A DNA stretch of 63,775 bases, counting the filler, from Neolecta irregularis DAH-3 (Eukaryota), in assembly GCA_001929475.1 (NCBI GenBank). It is 5 parts of 5 records of this genome, joined end to end, with 100 filler letters (N's around TTAATTAATTAA, not from the genome) between each part and the next. Parts side by side here need not be neighbours in the genome. Positions count along the whole stretch, not along the records: positions 62,350 to 63,775 come from LXFE01002354.1; 4 more parts are not named here. One strand, given 5' to 3'. A program made the position numbers and the translations under genes. Below, piece after piece: positions 62,350 through 63,775 of the stretch; position 1 is the stretch's first letter, and every line of letters starts with the position of its first letter. The notes beneath the pieces were generated by a model, which saw only the letters and a program-made list of their open reading frames with translations, was not told where the DNA came from and made no database searches.

Positions 62350-62414
62350 CCCTTTCCGCCACTTGCTGTATTGGTATGGGTATATCCGGGTAATAGCCGG
62401 GATATACCCTTACA
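62350..62414 (-). mobile_element. LTR end of the 26979 family at a contig edge
   Basis: CCGCCACTTGCTGTATTGGTATGGGTATATCCGGGTAATAGCCGGGATATACCCTTACA closely matches the reverse complement of 26979-27040. Confidence 0.85.
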
Positions 62415-62552
62415 GAAATAGTCAATACTCAAAATTGACAATAATTGAATTACATATTATGTTGAAGTACATCCTTTACGTGTGGCATTAGCTTTGAGTA
62501 ATGACACCAATATCTGAAAACTTCTCCCTGAATTTCTTTGGCGTCTAGAATA

Positions 62553-62942
62553 TCAGATGACTTTTAAATCCCAACTAACCCTAATCTTCTTGATCCTGTA
62601 GTACTCAGTCACAAAGAAAAGCGCTTCTGATTCATCTATCATTTGGGTAAGGTCCACATCCGACCTTTCATCAAATAGGTAGCAGATTTCGCTATTGTCT
62701 CTTTGGTGAAAATCAAATGCCCGAAGGAAAGAACCACACGAAAGGTCCTTGATGCAGTGTTCAGCACAGTGTTCAATCTTCTGGCGGCGAGTGCCATCAG
62801 GGATAGTGATAATTTGAGATGGTTCCAAGATTTGGGAATCTACTCGGCTGTAGGCCATCGGAACCAGATTAAATTTGTCAAGATACAACGTCGCAAAGGA
62901 AAACTTTCCACACAAGGCGACGAACAAAAAGATTGAAAGCAT
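62553..62942 (-). CDS. Small secreted cysteine-containing protein, PAN/apple-like (129 aa)
   Basis: Signal peptide-like MLSIFLFVALCGKFSFA; CAEHCIKDLSCGSF...ICYLF matches the PAN/apple Cx3Cx5Cx2F...CxL spacing. Confidence 0.65.
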   Translation of the reverse strand: MLSIFLFVALCGKFSFATLYLDKFNLVPMAYSRVDSQILEPSQIITIPDGTRRQKIEHCAEHCIKDLSCGSFLRAFDFHQRDNSEICYLFDERSDVDLTQMIDESEALFFVTEYYRIKKIRVSWDLKVI

Positions 62943-63003
62943 GGTTCGCGACGGTTGAAACAGATTTAGGGCGGGCACATCGCGGTGAAATAATATTTTA
63001 CAA

Positions 63004-63265
63004 TACGAAAAGAGCAAATGGCTGGCTCTTCTTCAAACCAAATGCTTCTGAATGCGGGCATTGAAGTTGGAATATTCTATTTGAGGCTGATCTTAATATG
63101 AATGTCCTGGTCCGGAAAGTGATCACTACGAAAAGAGCAATGGATGACTCCTCTTCAAACCAAATGCATCTGAATGCGGCTAGCTGGAATATTCTATTTG
63201 AGGCAGAATCTTAATATGATATGTCCGTCCGGAAAGTGATCACTACGAAAAAAGGAAATGGCTGA
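63004..63265. repeat. Diverged ~120 bp tandem repeat (about 2.2 copies)
   Basis: Units start TACGAAAA near 63004, 63127 and 63244 and end CCGGAAAGTGATCAC; substitutions and indels between copies. Confidence 0.85.
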
Positions 63266-63283
63266 CAGATTTCAAGACAAATA

Positions 63284-63775
63284 CTAACTATTGCTGTTTT
63301 GCATGGAAGGCAGGAAATACTTAGAGGCGGGCGAGATTAGAACTCTATATTTCAAATCGAGGATGCATTGTAACTGTACAAATTGTTCCGTCTTAGCTGT
63401 ATTGGTTTGAAGAGTCTGCTTATATTCTGTAATTTCGGTAGAAAGCCTTTCCTTAAATGGAGAGCGCAAGAACGCGGCTTCAAGTTGGCTGGATGTTTGG
63501 GGCACCATATTAGGATCCATTCACTCGGCGATATCCCGTTCGTAAGGGTCAGTGCAACCGGTAAGGTAATCTGGTGTAGTTTGTCAAGGTTTGGGTGCAA
63601 TCCGAGGCCCTCAAAGTAAGCTCTTGCTTCATTTGCTGGGCCGTAGTAGACTTGTTTTCCGTCGTCAACAACGAGAACCTTGGTGTAAGTCTTTTCTGAA
63701 GCTTGATAAAGAGACAATGATGGTGTGTCGATGTATATCGGTCATAATTCGCAAAGATTTGGCATAATTGAGAGC
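63284..63775 (-). pseudogene. PDR/ABCG transporter pseudogene fragment
   Basis: ALNYAKSLRIMTD, VSLYQASE, KVLVVDDGKQVYYGPANEARAYFEGLG and QTTPDYLTGCTDPYER lie in different frames; TGA at the conserved Arg before QTT; short deletion after QASE. Confidence 0.85.

Noticed and set aside
56026-63775. Secondary-metabolite gene cluster (P450s, transcription factor, ABC transporter)
   Set aside because: No PKS, NRPS or terpene synthase core is present, the ABC gene is a pseudogene, and the parts lie on contigs joined by linkers.

Overview
Compact, intron-rich ascomycete nuclear DNA. Gene density, gene content and ~30-45 nt introns suggest an early-diverging Taphrinomycotina-type fungus, possibly Neolecta (inference, not verified). 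The window holds about 25 protein-coding genes: VPS11, MRE11, VPS24, PEX7, PNGase A, TMA46, PGA2, an aldehyde dehydrogenase, a partial GT25, KRE6/SKN1, NRK1, LSM1, CAB5, a Tra2-like RRM protein, YTA7/ATAD2, an amino-acid permease, PEX11, cystinosin, AGC1, two P450s, a partial fungal transcription factor, a small secreted PAN/apple-like protein and three poorly characterised genes, plus a PDR ABC-transporter pseudogene. Intergenic space carries several families of hAT and PIF/Harbinger MITEs and ~195 bp solo LTRs, some with perfect target-site duplications. Four N-gaps contain an artificial TTAATTAATTAA linker, so adjacency across them is unreliable. The most notable signal is the splicing system. 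Of roughly 100 tiny introns reconstructed by hand, donors are very degenerate, at least four are GC-AG, and one in the conserved AAA domain of YTA7 appears to be GT-TG. One outlier 183 nt intron in VPS24 may host an ncRNA. All exon structures were inferred manually from conserved protein motifs, so boundaries are provisional.
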